A stretch of 64,000 nt of DNA from Marsupella aquatica (Eukaryota; Plantae; Marchantiophyta): positions 27,813,561 through 27,877,560 of the forward strand of contig OZ316891.1 of the NCBI GenBank assembly GCA_973895155.1, written 5' to 3'. Of the stretch, positions 14,125 through 27,402 are shown piece after piece (positions within the stretch are counted from its first letter, which is position 1; every line of letters begins with the position of its first letter). The notes under the pieces were generated by a model that was not told where the DNA came from, made no database searches, and worked only from the letters and a program-made list of their open reading frames with translations. The position numbers were made by a program, and so were the translations under genes.

Positions 14125-17100
14125 CTAGCTTCGAAGCTGCTGGCAAGATAAGGAGCTGCTGTCGAACTTGATCACTTGCAAGCCTCTTCCCGCCACTGCA
14201 ATTTGATAGAGTCCTCTGCAAGAAGAACACCACAGAAGCAAATGAGCCACTTGGCCTGGTGGTTTTGGGCCCTACGAGGTGAGAACTTACCTAGGTTTCA
14301 GGCCACCTGAGCATATGACCTTCCAAAGTTAGTTAAAACTACCCATAGAAAGACGAGTGAACCGATTGTGAGCAGCTTATTCTAGTACATGGGTGGCGTC
14401 GTACCAACAAAGCCTTCAAAAATCCAAGTCATCCGTGAAACCAAACTTTCCACAAGAAAGAGCATGGATGTGTTGTTAACATCATTCTAGACTTCCTGAC
14501 CATAGATATGGTTGAACAATACACGTACCCACGAGAATGCTGGACATGCAAGGACGCAGGCTCTGGGACATCTATTACACAAGTCACGCACTCCACAAGA
14601 GGAGCTGTTGGATGTCTTGACTCATCTCCGTTACATGAATCAGGTTGTAGCTCAGAGCAAGCAGCATCAGCGTTTATTCTCCAGCATCTGAGGCGTTGAT
14701 CTAGGCCTGTGCTAAAGGCCCAGAGCCCATCAGTCCAAACACCTGCCCATACAGCAAACACGGAAATAATTATGCATTAATCAGCCAACGCCCGTCAAAC
14801 AGTCTAAAATGTCACTATTCCGGGATTTTCTAGCCCTTCCACTTGCGAGAGATCGATGGCGGCCTGCCATGCTGAATTCACTAAATTAGGACTTGTCACT
14901 ACAAATTTACCTTTTATCGATGAATTGTGGGCACACGGGACTGAACTTTGGCTGAGGCAGCGTAATACTGGTGGCGTCGGTGCAGAAGTACTGCTTTCCG
15001 CTTTCGATCTCTCTGGATTCCCGAAATCTGCACCCAAGTTTGGTAAAACGATAACGTTCATGATGCTCAATTCCAGTAAAAATGTTCTAGTACAGACAGT
15101 GGTGTCGGACTGTCACGGATTTAGCTTCTTGGTCCTAAGAGTCTGTGTCCCAGTTATGCATATTCGATGAAACCATCCAGCAGGCATGCAAGGTTTCAAT
15201 AAACCAATGGATTACCCACATGGGCTCAACGTAGGTATCTTCTAAATCTGTTTCAGTGAATGTTTAAATTGTTTTCGCACTGTGGCATCCAAATACCTGG
15301 CACCTATTATTTCTGATGTGACACTCCTATGCAGATCCAGCGTACTCAAATGTCGACACTTTTACCTGACGGACACAAGCTGAAGCCAAACCTGTGATGC
15401 AGGGAGAGAATGAATTTTGCGTGTTACCAGCAGAAAGGTTTACTGAGAGCGTAAATGCTGCCATGTGCAATGCCTGGTCGTCTCCTCCACTAATCACCAC
15501 ATATACCATCTCGTTGGAAGCAGAGTTTCCACGTCTCTGTATTCGTCCAACTGTCAAACAGTTAATGCCAGATTGATGCGCTGCGATCAGTTCTTGAATA
15601 GGATTCAGCCTCAAAGTCGGCTTTATGATCGCCGAGGATCCTTTCGAAGTTTCAAAAGGTGAAAACTTAGGATCTCCGTTTGCTTCAGGCGTAAGGGATG
15701 CCCTTGCATTTTCTTCAAATGGAGTTTTATTTTCAACTCCAGACACAAAAACTGGCCCCAGAGAGTTCAACCCGGGTGTCGTCTCATTTCCAACAGATTT
15801 CGCAACTTTTATCTTTGAACTGAGAGATGCACTTCTAGGTTGGTCGCCAATTTTCTTCCGACGTCTGCCACCCTGACTACCACGCCCTGTCAATGGCCGC
15901 AATGGGGGAACGAGGGCGCTGGTGATGTTAAGGCCATAGGCATTGCAATGCTCATGTACCAGGTTTGTAACATCCCACATGGCAATATTCCCATTAGCTG
16001 CTCCCGTTATAACAATGTACACATCACGATCACCTGTTGACAAGGAATACCAGAATCCAATTTGAAAACGACATAAGTTCACAAACAAGGACTGAGAATG
16101 AAGCAAACAACTGATTCAAGAGTATTTACATAGTGCTAAAAGTGAGGAACAGGTTCTCCTCGGAGATCGCAGCAGCAGCTGAAGATCTGTCTGACTTCGG
16201 CAATCTACAAAGATGCGACAAGACCCACAACAAAGCGAACCATTCATGTGGGCATTAAAGATAAAATGGACGAGGAAGAGATTGGTCGTGTAACATGCTG
16301 TGCTTGCTTGGTGAGGTTTTTCTACCTGACCCACAGCTGGAAAATGGAGCAATGAAGTGTTCAATGGCCAGCACTATGGCACTTTCATGTTCCAGAACAG
16401 CCAACTCAATCCTGCATAGCCAACCCACATTACAGGACAATTTACTAAAAATCGATCTTGTAGAGAGGAGTGATGGAGGACTGGTTGATGTTGGTTTAAA
16501 GCTACTTCATATATGACTCTCTGATTCTTTGAAAGGTTCGTCATGCAACAGGTATACTATCCTTTGAACCAGATACTCTCCCAGAATATCCTATGAATGG
16601 ATGGTCCAATGTGTTCTATCTCTGGCAAAGATCTGATTGTGCTACCTCTAGGCATCAGGGATAATGCTCCTATGTGGACCAGAAGTTGGGATTTGAGCAT
16701 TGGTTTGTTGTTCATGCCAGATAGATATTCTGGCCAGGTAACTGGTTCCAATGACTGTACACCTACATGAGTGACGAACCTTTCCAAACCCAAAATTCCT
16801 ACTAGCAAGACATACTTGGAGGATGAGAAAACTGTGTTTATCAATATTTCAACGGAAAAATAGCGACTACACAGTGATATATGTCTGGAAGAGTAGAGTA
16901 CCAAGAGCGTTGGGTCACATGAAAAGCAAAAAGGTGTAAAGTGGCATTTGAGCTTGCCGTTGCTACAAACGAAACCAATGCCCTGCAAAATTGCAAAAGT
17001 GGGGTCATCAACAATAACGTTGTGACCTTTTTGACCTGCCAGTGAAAAACTAGAGCTCAAACATGACATTGATTGAAAGGGAAAGTCAGATAAGAGTGGA

Positions 17101-20100
17101 ACTGAATTTGTTCCTTAACAACCTTCAAAGACTACAAATAAATTTACCCCGTCTTCGTGCATCTTGTTCCAAAAGCAGTTAAAGCAAGATAACGTTGATC
17201 ATCGTCAACATCATTAGGCCAGCTGGCAGACGACTCTTCCTTCTTCCCATGTTCAGAATTTTCCTCCTCGGTCCTGAGAAACTCCTGCTTGTCATCAAGC
17301 TCACTCCCTAAGGCACGTTTCTTCTCTTCGTCTGTTGCCCTCTTCGCTACAGATGGATGAGGTCGCTCAGGAATGTGTGTACTGAGCCACTGAGAGGTGG
17401 GTGCCCTATGTCGGGGCAAGAGCGCGTCTTGTGCTGAGGAAGTTGAAAGCTCTGCAACACTTCCACAAAAATCTTCTGATAACGCATCAGCCTTACCTTC
17501 AGGAAGCCAGTGAAGAAGCCAACAAGTTAAGACTTCTTTTGCTCCTGCTGAAAAGAGGAGCCCTCTATCCCCCACGCTTCCACCGCTGTTTCCAAATAAT
17601 ATTGCTTTCTCTTCTGGTGAGTCCGCAGCACTAGAATTTTCTACCTCACCAGTAAAAACCGGGTGTACTTCAGCAACAAGAGCCAAGGCTCTCACGGCTG
17701 AACCTCCAATATGATCTCCAAGCACTGCAGTGGGGTCCACCCGCTCACCAGTCTCCTCAGTCTCCTCAGTATACCTGTAAAGAAAGATAACAGACCGATC
17801 TATTACCGTAAATTGATATTTGGTTTCCCGGTCACAGAGTCCAGAAAGACGGGCTTAATTTCAAGTGATTCGTTTTTCCGTTTTATAATTTCAAGATTTA
17901 CTCTACCCAAGTTCCACCTATTTAAACACTACTTATTTCATCCTGAATTACTTTCAACTAAGCTTTGTGACACTATTTTACATCCATAAATTGAAGAGGG
18001 ATAAATAAGTAAATAATACCTAAGTATAATGTATGACTCCTTTCACATTGCAATGGCAACCGTTAATTGTGGGATGATTCGCGCAATGGTTGTGAATTGA
18101 GCTCCTGATCAACTTTTACTGTTCTTGAGCAAGGGAAAAGAATGATATAGAGGGTGGTACCTCGAAAATAGTACTGTTCCGTCTTCTGAACCAGAAGCTA
18201 TCCAGCTGATTGGGTTGGACCATTCGTGGCCTAAAGAGTCAAATGCACTACGAAGAAAAAGGACGGAGGATATTTCCTTCCCATGGAACTGGCCCCGCAG
18301 AGATTGAATTGACTTCTTGGGAGTTGTATTTGAGAAAGTATTCTTTTCACAGGCTGAAACTCCGCCACCTCCTACAACAGTAACCCAGTTTCGCTGAATC
18401 TGCACTACTTGGTCCTGACGAGCTCGAACACAGAAGGATTATTACCGGACACTATACTTAAAAGTCAGATAAAGTTAAAAGCATCTCAGATACTTCTCCA
18501 AATGGACTATAATTATTCGAAACAGAAGTAGCCATTTGTGAAATTCTGAGAAGTTTTTCTACTGTGATTTCTTCGTAGGCACTTATTGTACTTGCGTTAA
18601 ATTGAACCGACTTAAAATCCTCCGAGCCCAAAACTATAGGATGAATACAAAGCGTATACATCTGATAAGAGGTGAACCATATACAAACAAAGACCGCAAC
18701 CTATGATGAGATGAAATAATCAATGTGATGTAATTTCGTCTTTTCATGGGGCGTGGAAATAGATTAGGCAGAGCAATCTTAGTAAGCACCTTACCTTGAC
18801 AAATACAAAAGAGTACTGTAGCTCAGGGAGATGGCCAACGAGAATTGAGTGTGGCCTTCTCCACCCTCCACAGATCACACGCATGACCTGCAGAGTACAC
18901 ACTTTAGTAGATCCTTACCAAGTTCATCACTTGCCACTTGCAAATTGATGCCATTAATTCTACTGAAATCACTCTACATTTGGGTCTTCACAAAACACTT
19001 CCCTTGGTATAAACAAACACTTCACTTGCAACATCTGGTAGCTTGTATTCCACAAGATTATGATACCAATCGAAGATGATCCTAACCAACTTGTTCATCT
19101 TGACTACACTAATACTCCAACGGTGCAAAGATTGCTTATTCAAATTGGACAGTACTCCTACCTCACACTGATGAGTGAGGTCCCACAAGAGAAAATCACT
19201 ACCAGTAAAACCAGCTGCAATCCTCCGCCTCTCCCCATTCTGTGAAGTCAAACCCTTACTGGTCTCCACAGACTCAACAATTGAAAGTGCTACCACTTTT
19301 TCAATACCTGTACAAGAAAGATTCTGGAAAGCTTGTGGCACTGCAGCTGTCAAGCGCTGATCCAGAAGAAACTTACAAATACATCCATCACTGCCAGTCT
19401 GCACAACAACAATCTCCTGTTAGGTCATGCCAAAAGCGTTGACTTCACGTCCATATAAAGCCTCCGAGATTTTTACAATGTACTCCGACCTCTCGACAGC
19501 GGTGTCAGTCGTTTTGTTTCCAAAACGATTCAAGGAGCTAGAATTAAGTACTAGAAGAGACATTCAGAAAGACCTTCAAAGGTTCAATCAAGTAAGTTTA
19601 AATGCACTAACCGATATAATCTTAGCCTGCTGACCAAGTTTGAATGGCAAAACAGAAACACTTGCAATGGCTGAGATGCCATGTGCACCTTTGAAGACAG
19701 CAACAACTGGCAATTGTAGAAAAGCTTCCGTTTCAGAGTTCACTGCGACTTTCGTATCATCCACTGTCCTTCGATATAAATTTTTAGGTAATGAAAAGGC
19801 TGCTAGATCTCCCCGCTTGTCCCCACAAACAAGAAGCTGAAAGGAAAAAGGATACAAATCAGGAAATTAAAGATTCAGGTGAACAACATACCGAATGAGA
19901 AATTGCGCAGTGACAAATTGAATTTGGAATTCAGCAAGCATATATACTTGAAACTACAGTCATGAAAGTAGCTCACACGAAGGGCTTGAATAGAGCAACA
20001 ACGAATTTTTGTGACCAAAAAAATCAGAATACGTGAACCACATAGATACCTGCATCTCTGGGCACACATCAATGCACAAGACCCGTGCATGAGAGCCTCT

Positions 20101-23100
20101 ACCAAAAGCTATCAAATCTGCAGTATATTTATCAGATTCTTCTTTGTCGCTGCTGCAGCTGGTTAGACCTGTGCAGCTTGAGACGAAAGAACGATTCACC
20201 GTGCTTCTATCATCTGCTTCTCTGTCTGATATATGCCACATGCGCCAAGTCCCTCTTGGATCTGTTGTAAATACATATCTGTTACGTCAAGTACACGCCA
20301 CCAAGTTACACGTGCCACGTTCAGATCTCGAAGTCACGAGTTGGAAATGACAAGATTACAGGCAGGTACTTCATTCACAAGTGATGTTTCCTGACGACAT
20401 GAATAACCAGGTTCTTTGACAAACATTTTGCTAGACACAAGCAGAAGCCATATTGAACAGTTTTCTAAAACTAAAGATACAAGGAGTAAAGAGAACCAGG
20501 TGCTTCATTGACTCACCTTCCTCCCAATGATTTACATAAATAAACTCCCAACAGTTGTCGCTCCTTTTCAGCGACCCAAGTGTAACACCACTCACAATGC
20601 CATTGTTCTGCTGTCCTCCGTACTTGCAGCACACTCACGATTCCTTTCCCAGTTCCGACGACTACCGTGTCGACATTTGGAAAATCATCCCGCCCAGAAA
20701 AACTATCTCTTACCACCCCTTGAACTAGGACATCCATGCACACGATAGGACCTTCGAGGTTATCCTTAAGAAGAGTCCAGGAAGCTTCTTTGCTGCTTTT
20801 CAAGTAAACATTGTACAGAGCACCTTGGTTGGTAGAGACATAGAATGACCATGGGCTACTCAGGGCCACACACCGCACATATTCGCTCTTGCTGCATCCT
20901 TGCAAAGAAGTACAAAAACATTACTCAATTTTTGACAGAAATCGGAAAAAACCAAAACACACCAACCAAAGTGACAATTCTACCTGAGCATCAATTCATT
21001 GCTATTTGGAAAAGGAACAGGATTTAAGGGAAGAAAACTGGAGCATCGTAAATAATGGAAATAACCGTTAGGGAAGAATCCGTAAAGCAATTTCTCTTGT
21101 ACTGCATGAAGACATTTTTAATTGAAGTTCACAACTGTATCATAAGCTAAGGTACTGTTGACAAACAATTAATTTTGACGAGCGCCTAAACTTTTGCTTT
21201 CTATCTCTTTATAAAATTCCTTTTTTTTTGGCCAATCCAGCCAATGTATGACATGCTGAGCACACTCTTGAAGTTTCTGAAGGTCTTCTCAACTTTGTCA
21301 ATTCCTGTGAAGAGCTTTTGTTTGGGAGCACCAAACTAGGCTGTAACCTTAGTCTGATTTCTTAATCACTTAATCTATTAAATTTTCACAAAGATAGCAA
21401 AACAGCGCTCGTGTAAACTTTACCTGTCCATGAAACCCGATGGTCCTTCACTGGCACCATTCAACCATGGAGGGCTGATGCTGAAAGATAGCGATTCCAT
21501 GCTTTGGATTGACGGGTCGATATCTTGGTCTGTTTCACAACCAGTCGCCCTTGGAACCCATTTGTCCAGCGACTGGACTTTGATTGATGAATCGGCACCA
21601 GCTGTGATTAGACTATTCAACTCAGGATCATAGACACAACGCCATATTCCTCGACCACTGCACATAATGAGTCCTCTTAGTCAATACCTTATAACAGAGG
21701 GCATTCGTAGAGAAATAATCGTGAGGGTAGGAATGACACGAAATACAGTCAGGATTACTCAGAGAAGCAACACTTGCGGGCCAGAAAGTTGCGACTTTCT
21801 GGGATACTTTTTGGCTCAATCTGATCTGGTATGAATAGGTAGGCTTACATGTGCCCCTTCAATGTTGCCAAATGCTTTCCCTCTGCTGCTGTCCAAACAC
21901 GGCATGTACAATCTTCACTAGCTGTAATTAATAGCTAGGCCCGCACCTCACACAGCCATGACCTGAATTAGCTAGCAATAGAAAGCAAAAACATACCTGC
22001 ATTCAGGAGCAAAGACAAATGGCAGACAGAAACGACCAATGGCTCACCTGTTCACCAACATAGCAGTCCCAGAGACGTGATCCATGCCCATAAAGGACAG
22101 GCCCAGCCTCCACTCCCTCCAGCCACTGATCATCTCCTGTTGTGGACTTATTGGCGCACCAGACTCGTGCACTGCAATTACAGGGAGATGCATCAAAGAC
22201 CAGACTCTGGAAGTGAAACACAGTGAGATACGCGGTGATCATATCGACTGTAGTTCATACGCAGAATCACTGAAAACGACCCAAAAACAAAGCTCGTTTA
22301 TAACGCTTGAGAGACCACAAAGAACTTGAGACCCTTAGTTTCATAAGGACTTACAAACCTGCGATCATCTGACACAGATACCAGTGACAATCCATCAGAT
22401 GACCAGGTGAGGCGATGTATAGATCCCTCATGACCGAGAAGTCGTTGCAGAGGATGCACACCCTTTTCGAGAACCACAAACTCGGAAGGAGAGTCAACTA
22501 CTACATCTTGGGTTATGTTTTCTCCTTTCTCATGCTCAACGAAATTGTCACTATGTCCCAACTCTGTCAAAACCTTTAACAAATTTCTGACTGCGGATAG
22601 GTTGGATCCCAGCTTCCATACAATAACCTGTACAGCAGTAATCACACACTGAGGTTATTGAGGTAGCAGAAATAACATTAGAGGAAATGGCTCACCAGAT
22701 CACAGCAAGTAAGCCATCCAATCACAGAAATCCCGTGTGGCCTCACATTAATGCTCAAAATTCTGAACAAGATGCAGATAGATATAGTACACAACTAACC
22801 CATTACCTCGTTGAAGATAGTCCCAGCAGCAGCATGTAATGCTTGAAGTGAATCACCCCACAACCTCATGGAATACAGTAAACATCTCTCTGCCAGAAAG
22901 AGCTACAGTCAGTAACTACGATCTGCTTAATTCGTGGAAGCGAAATTTCCATACAATCTGATTCTCTTTGTTGAAAATTAGCGCGTTCTATTTATGAGCA
23001 CACACGCAAACCAGAAGAGGGCGATGAAGATCAAATCATCCATCAATTCTAGGATGCAACCCACCATTATCAGACAGCTTACCGGAGCATTCAACACGAT

Positions 23101-24784
23101 AGATAATAGCTGAATTTAATATATCCCAGATGCATATCGTGTTGTTACTCAAACCGACAGCCAAAAGATGCAGATCCTTAGCATCAGCTGCCATTGCGCC
23201 TTTCAATGATGTTTCCTCTTCCTGGACATTTCCATACAAGCACAACTCCTGGGTTAATTCCCCTCGCCGGTTCTTTTGGAGATAGAGTAACGAAAGATGC
23301 TAACGTGACACCGAATTCTCTACTGGTCAATTTACTAAGTTTCTACTACTGCACTTTCAAAACAATTTCCTAGCATATAAGCAGTAGTAGCAATTTCTGA
23401 TATTTGAACGGTACCTTTAATATTCTCACATCCATCACCCAGTGACTGAATCTGGGAAGGGAACCAAGAGACTGTAGTTGAGGCGTTTCCTCTTCAAAGT
23501 GCCACAGCATCTTGAACATTTTTATTCTTCTTTCGCCGTGAATCACAATAGTAAACACTTTGAATGCAAGCTGTGAAGCTGGGGAGTTCTTCCCTGTACC
23601 AAAGCCTGGTCCAGAGTAGATACCATGCACTCGGACCCCGTCAAAAACATTACGAGAGCACAACAGATCTCCTGTGATGAGATCATATAAGAGAACCTGT
23701 GCCCCAGTGCCTGATGAGAGCAACACAAAAGATTCGTAGCAGGTCATAATTATATCAAGTTAACATTCTAAACATTCCTATTTTTTCCAAGACAGTGCCT
23801 CCATGTAGTGTAAGAAAGAGTTGCTTTGCAGACTTTTCGGCACATAGTACTGGAAAGTGACGAGGCTTAGACGTAGAATTCTCTTGTCAAATTTGTACCT
23901 TGCAGAGAGCTAATTAAAGTTTACAACTAACCCAGCATGAGTGACTACAAGTCCCTTTGCTTTGTTTCATCGTCTACCTAGATTAATGAGGGTCAATGCA
24001 GAACAAGATTACAAATTCATGCCCATGTACTACGCGATGGTGGCATCTTTTTAAATATATACTTGCTTCCCAAACCTAAGGTCTGAGGACAGAAGACTGG
24101 CCCAAATGGCTGATAGGTGCAAAAGGGTATTTAGCACGTGGGCAAAAGGGGAAACAAGAAGAAACGAAAAGGCCAACTGTGCAAGGATGTGAAAACTTCC
24201 CGCTTCTTCTCCTACAACAATTATGGTACAGCGATCATAACCACCTCAAATACACCAGGCAATCATTTGTGTGCCATCATTTTCGTGGTACACGATGAGA
24301 TTAAGAGGTTTCACAAAGATAGCCAGCGAATGCATCTGCAAGTCTTCTAACATTTTGAATTAGATAGAAACAGAGCTTCTGTCATTTGGCGGTTGGTGCC
24401 TCTGGTTTGAAAGATGCTCCATAATGCTATCAGAATGGACCATTACAAGATCGGAGACAAGTCCAGCCTCGGGCTTAGGGTTTAAGTTCTTAGCCCTACC
24501 TAAACCCTTAGCCCAAACCCCAAACCCAATTTTCAAATCATCTTTAAATAAAAATTCTTCCGCTCTAGATTGCTTGGGGGACTCAACTGGAAGCGAAGAT
24601 GACAAGTGAGGGTGCTCGAGTGATGGGCAATGCACTGACCTGCGAGAAGCAGCCGGCGTTGGGGGCTCGAAACGAGACAGAGAGCGGAGACATCGCCACG
24701 ATATGGACCTTTGCGGACAGCGGGCAGCTGCATACCTCCTCCCGTCAGCACTTCATCACTCTCAGTGCGCAAATTGAGAGACAT
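14125..24784 (-). CDS. WDR6: WD repeat-containing protein 6 (Trm734/WDR6, partner of the tRNA 34 2'-O-methyltransferase); multi-exon gene
   Basis: GT-AG exons join in frame. Exon 1 24640-24784 (MSLNL..GPYRGDVSALCL..LLAG). Exon 2 23415-23710 (GTGAQV..FDGVRVHGI..LPRFSHWVMDV). Internal motifs: ERCLLYSMRLWG..AGTIFNE, GHEGSIHRL..SVSDDR, LYGHGSRLWDC, GRGIWRC..TAGADSSIK, SEYVRC, AHGISAI, CGGWRRPHS, FHGKEI..SGSEDGTV, DHIGGSAVRAL, AHQSGINCL..SGGDDQAL, AHNSSIKGVWTD..STGLDQR. Last exon 14125-14215 (GLYQIAVAGRGLQVIKF..TAG). Confidence 0.92.
24476..24530. promoter_or_regulatory. Telo-box / telomere-like motif cluster in WDR6 intron 1
   Basis: TAGGGTTT at 24476 followed by CTAAACCCT..CAAACCCCAAACCC. Telo-boxes are typical of plant genes for the translation machinery. 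Confidence 0.4.
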
Positions 24785-26754
24785 GGTTTCGGTTAAGGCA
24801 GTAACGGAATTAATTCGTCACCATTACCACACACTGGGACGACCGTTTCGTGAGAGGATTGGAGCTATGGAGCCGCCAAGGAGTGGGGAATCACGTTATA
24901 AGTTGTATTCGATTCGATTCGATTGGATAAACTCGGTTAAATGCGTCTCGCATAAATTTGCCCAATTCTGGAGTCTCTTTGCCGCAACTTCAAACCTTCA
25001 GTTGACTACATTTGCTTTCGGGTACTGTCGTCCCCCTCTCTAAGCGCACACTCTCGGGAATGAGCTCTGGGTGTTATGTGGTTTGCAGTACATCATAAGT
25101 GCATTTTACTTTGCACTTTTTGACGTCTCCTTAGTGTCCTAACACCGGCTAGATTACCCTTTCCTTGAACATAGACACATATAAGGAGGAAACAAAAAAC
25201 CAGTGGAACCAGTGGAAAAAGTATATTATGCTATTTTCTGTTCATCTTTGCCCTATCCCTGTTTTTTTTGTCTCCACCCTCATTTTCAAGTATGCTATCA
25301 ATTAGAAGGTAGAGTCACTAGAGGAGGCTTCACTATAGACAATAGACCCTGGGAGTAGCTTATGATTGTGCTTTATTAATTAGACTCATCTATCATGCCT
25401 CTAAAACTAAATTGGGGAAGAAGCCTGGGTCTTGCACTTTACACGTGGTGCATTGTACATGACATGTACATTTCTCTCTGACTTTGCACTTATGGAATCC
25501 TCCAGTGTCCAGACACATTGATCCTGCCTCTGCCCCGGCCACAGTCGAGAAGCTGTCACATAGTGTTTGGGCAGGATTCTCATGCCTTCCCTTGGACAAT
25601 CTTTGCCCAAACCCTGTCTCCTTTGTCATAAGTGCAGCATTTACTTTACAACCATACAGACTTGCATGGTTTATGCTCTTACCCATAAGGGTCCAAAACC
25701 GTATAGAGGGTTTTGCACTTATACATTTGTTGCTTAGTGCAGACCTCGGTGCCATAAAAAGTGAAAGTGGCAGAGAAAAAAGTGAAGAAATTGTATGTCT
25801 TGCAATAAGCTAGGATTGTGACCGGTGTCGGAAACCAAATTTGTCACAAAATATCTGATGCTTGCATGCGAAGAGCTCAAATTTCCCAGAGTTAAGGAGA
25901 ACCATTAAATCTGGTAGTTAACCCTCTTTATTAGATTAGGATTTTGGAACTTTTGGAGAAAATATTCCGTCTTTCCTTTGTATTGGGTGGCCATAGCATT
26001 TTCCAAGTAGGATTTAGGCAAAAATTGGGCTAGACAATCATGGCTCTCACCTCCTTGATTCCCTCATGTTCTTGTATGTAACAAACATGATTCCTCTACC
26101 CATGGATCTGAAATCTAAAATACAGTCATAAGATGTCACCATGGTTTTTTTTTTGGCTTTTTGGGAGGGAGGCGAGGAGGGAATATACCTACTTCTGCAA
26201 TCATGCTTACTTTTGTCAGATTATTACCACTTTGGGGGGGAAATGCAACTGACAAGTGGGACCTGTGGATTCCCAAAATTTGTTCATCAGTAGATGTATG
26301 CTGTTGACCCATTTTGGCCCCACATCTAATCTTGGAGTCATGGGCCATTCTTGGGGTGGTCAGTTGGTGTAGTAGCTCCTGTTTTTCCTTCGTTTGCTTT
26401 CAGTCCCTTGGGTTGTTTTTCTCCCTCTACCTCATTGATTTTAGTTTGCCACAACTACCTTTGAATGTGATTTGCACATCAATTCACCTCTTCTAGAACT
26501 GGAACCTAGAGTGGATTCACATGTTTGACATTACTATTCAGAAAGTTTGCACAGTACGTACTCACAAAACCTTACATAGACATGATATGGAAGTGTGAGG
26601 GGATATAGACACAATAACCATGGTACTCAAGGGAAGCCAGGTTCTTGACCACAATTGCACCGGTCATATATAAAGATCTGTGGGTTATTTTGTAGCTCTA
26701 ATTATAAAGTGCACAGAGTTCACCTTGATTAGGAATGGGCATGGGTGTGGAGGA

Positions 26755-27211
26755 TGTTGAGCATAGACGACGATCGCAACGGCAAGCCCATGAACCATCC
26801 AACGCACAATAGTCGACACAAGAGATACGTGGTTCACCTCCTTGAGGCTACGTCCACGGGAACACACAAGAGAGCTTTACTGAACTCTAAGCCCGTCGGC
26901 TATACCGAGTCTCCACAGTGTAAGCTCTCCCTATCTCTCAAGTGGCTCCATAACAATGAGCCTTGGTTCTACCTCTCCAAGCACACATGCCTCTTATGAT
27001 ATAGTGTGCAACTTAGTTGTACCTAACCACATAGTTGTACCTAATCACGTAGTTGTACCTAACCACATAGTTGTACCTAATCACGTAGTTGTACCTAACC
27101 ACATAGTTGTACCTAATCACGTAGTTGTACCTAACCACGTAGTTGTACCAACCCACGTTGTTGTACCAACCACGTCATACCTAACCTAGACGTAAGAGTA
27201 AATACCCAACA
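26755..27211 (-). repeat. 3' LTR (457 bp)
   Basis: TGTTGAGCA...ACCCAACA. By eye it differs from 32412-32868 only at 26930 and 27112. Confidence 0.96.
27014..27174. repeat. 18-bp x ~9 tandem array within the LTR U3 (also at 32671-32831)
   Basis: TAGTTGTACCTAA(C/T)CAC(A/G) units, alternating as a 36-bp dimer. Confidence 0.95.
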
Positions 27212-27226
27212 ATCTTCCCCTTGACT
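27212..27226 (-). other. Polypurine tract
   Basis: Minus-strand AGTCAAGGGGAAGAT directly precedes the 3' LTR. Confidence 0.85.
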
Positions 27227-27402
27227 CTGGTCTAGGGGAGAGTAATACTGCCAATGTATATGATCCCTCAGCGGGAAGTTCTGGACAGAAACCAAACCGG
27301 TTTCCCTCTCTAACTAGAGCAAACCAGAACTAAGCCGTAGCCTAATACATAGGAATGAGGAAGAGCATATATCAGTAATTACAATGAATGTTTAAGAAAA
27401 CT

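Noticed and set aside
25324-25830. Short similarities to 8650-8700 and 45279-45670, and a Cys-rich 120-aa ORF
   Set aside because: These look like fragments of old repeats, with no recognisable domain or definable ends.
26956-27189. ORF with VVPNH repeats (also 32613-32846)
   Set aside because: It is the translation of the 18-bp LTR tandem array on the antisense strand, not a gene.
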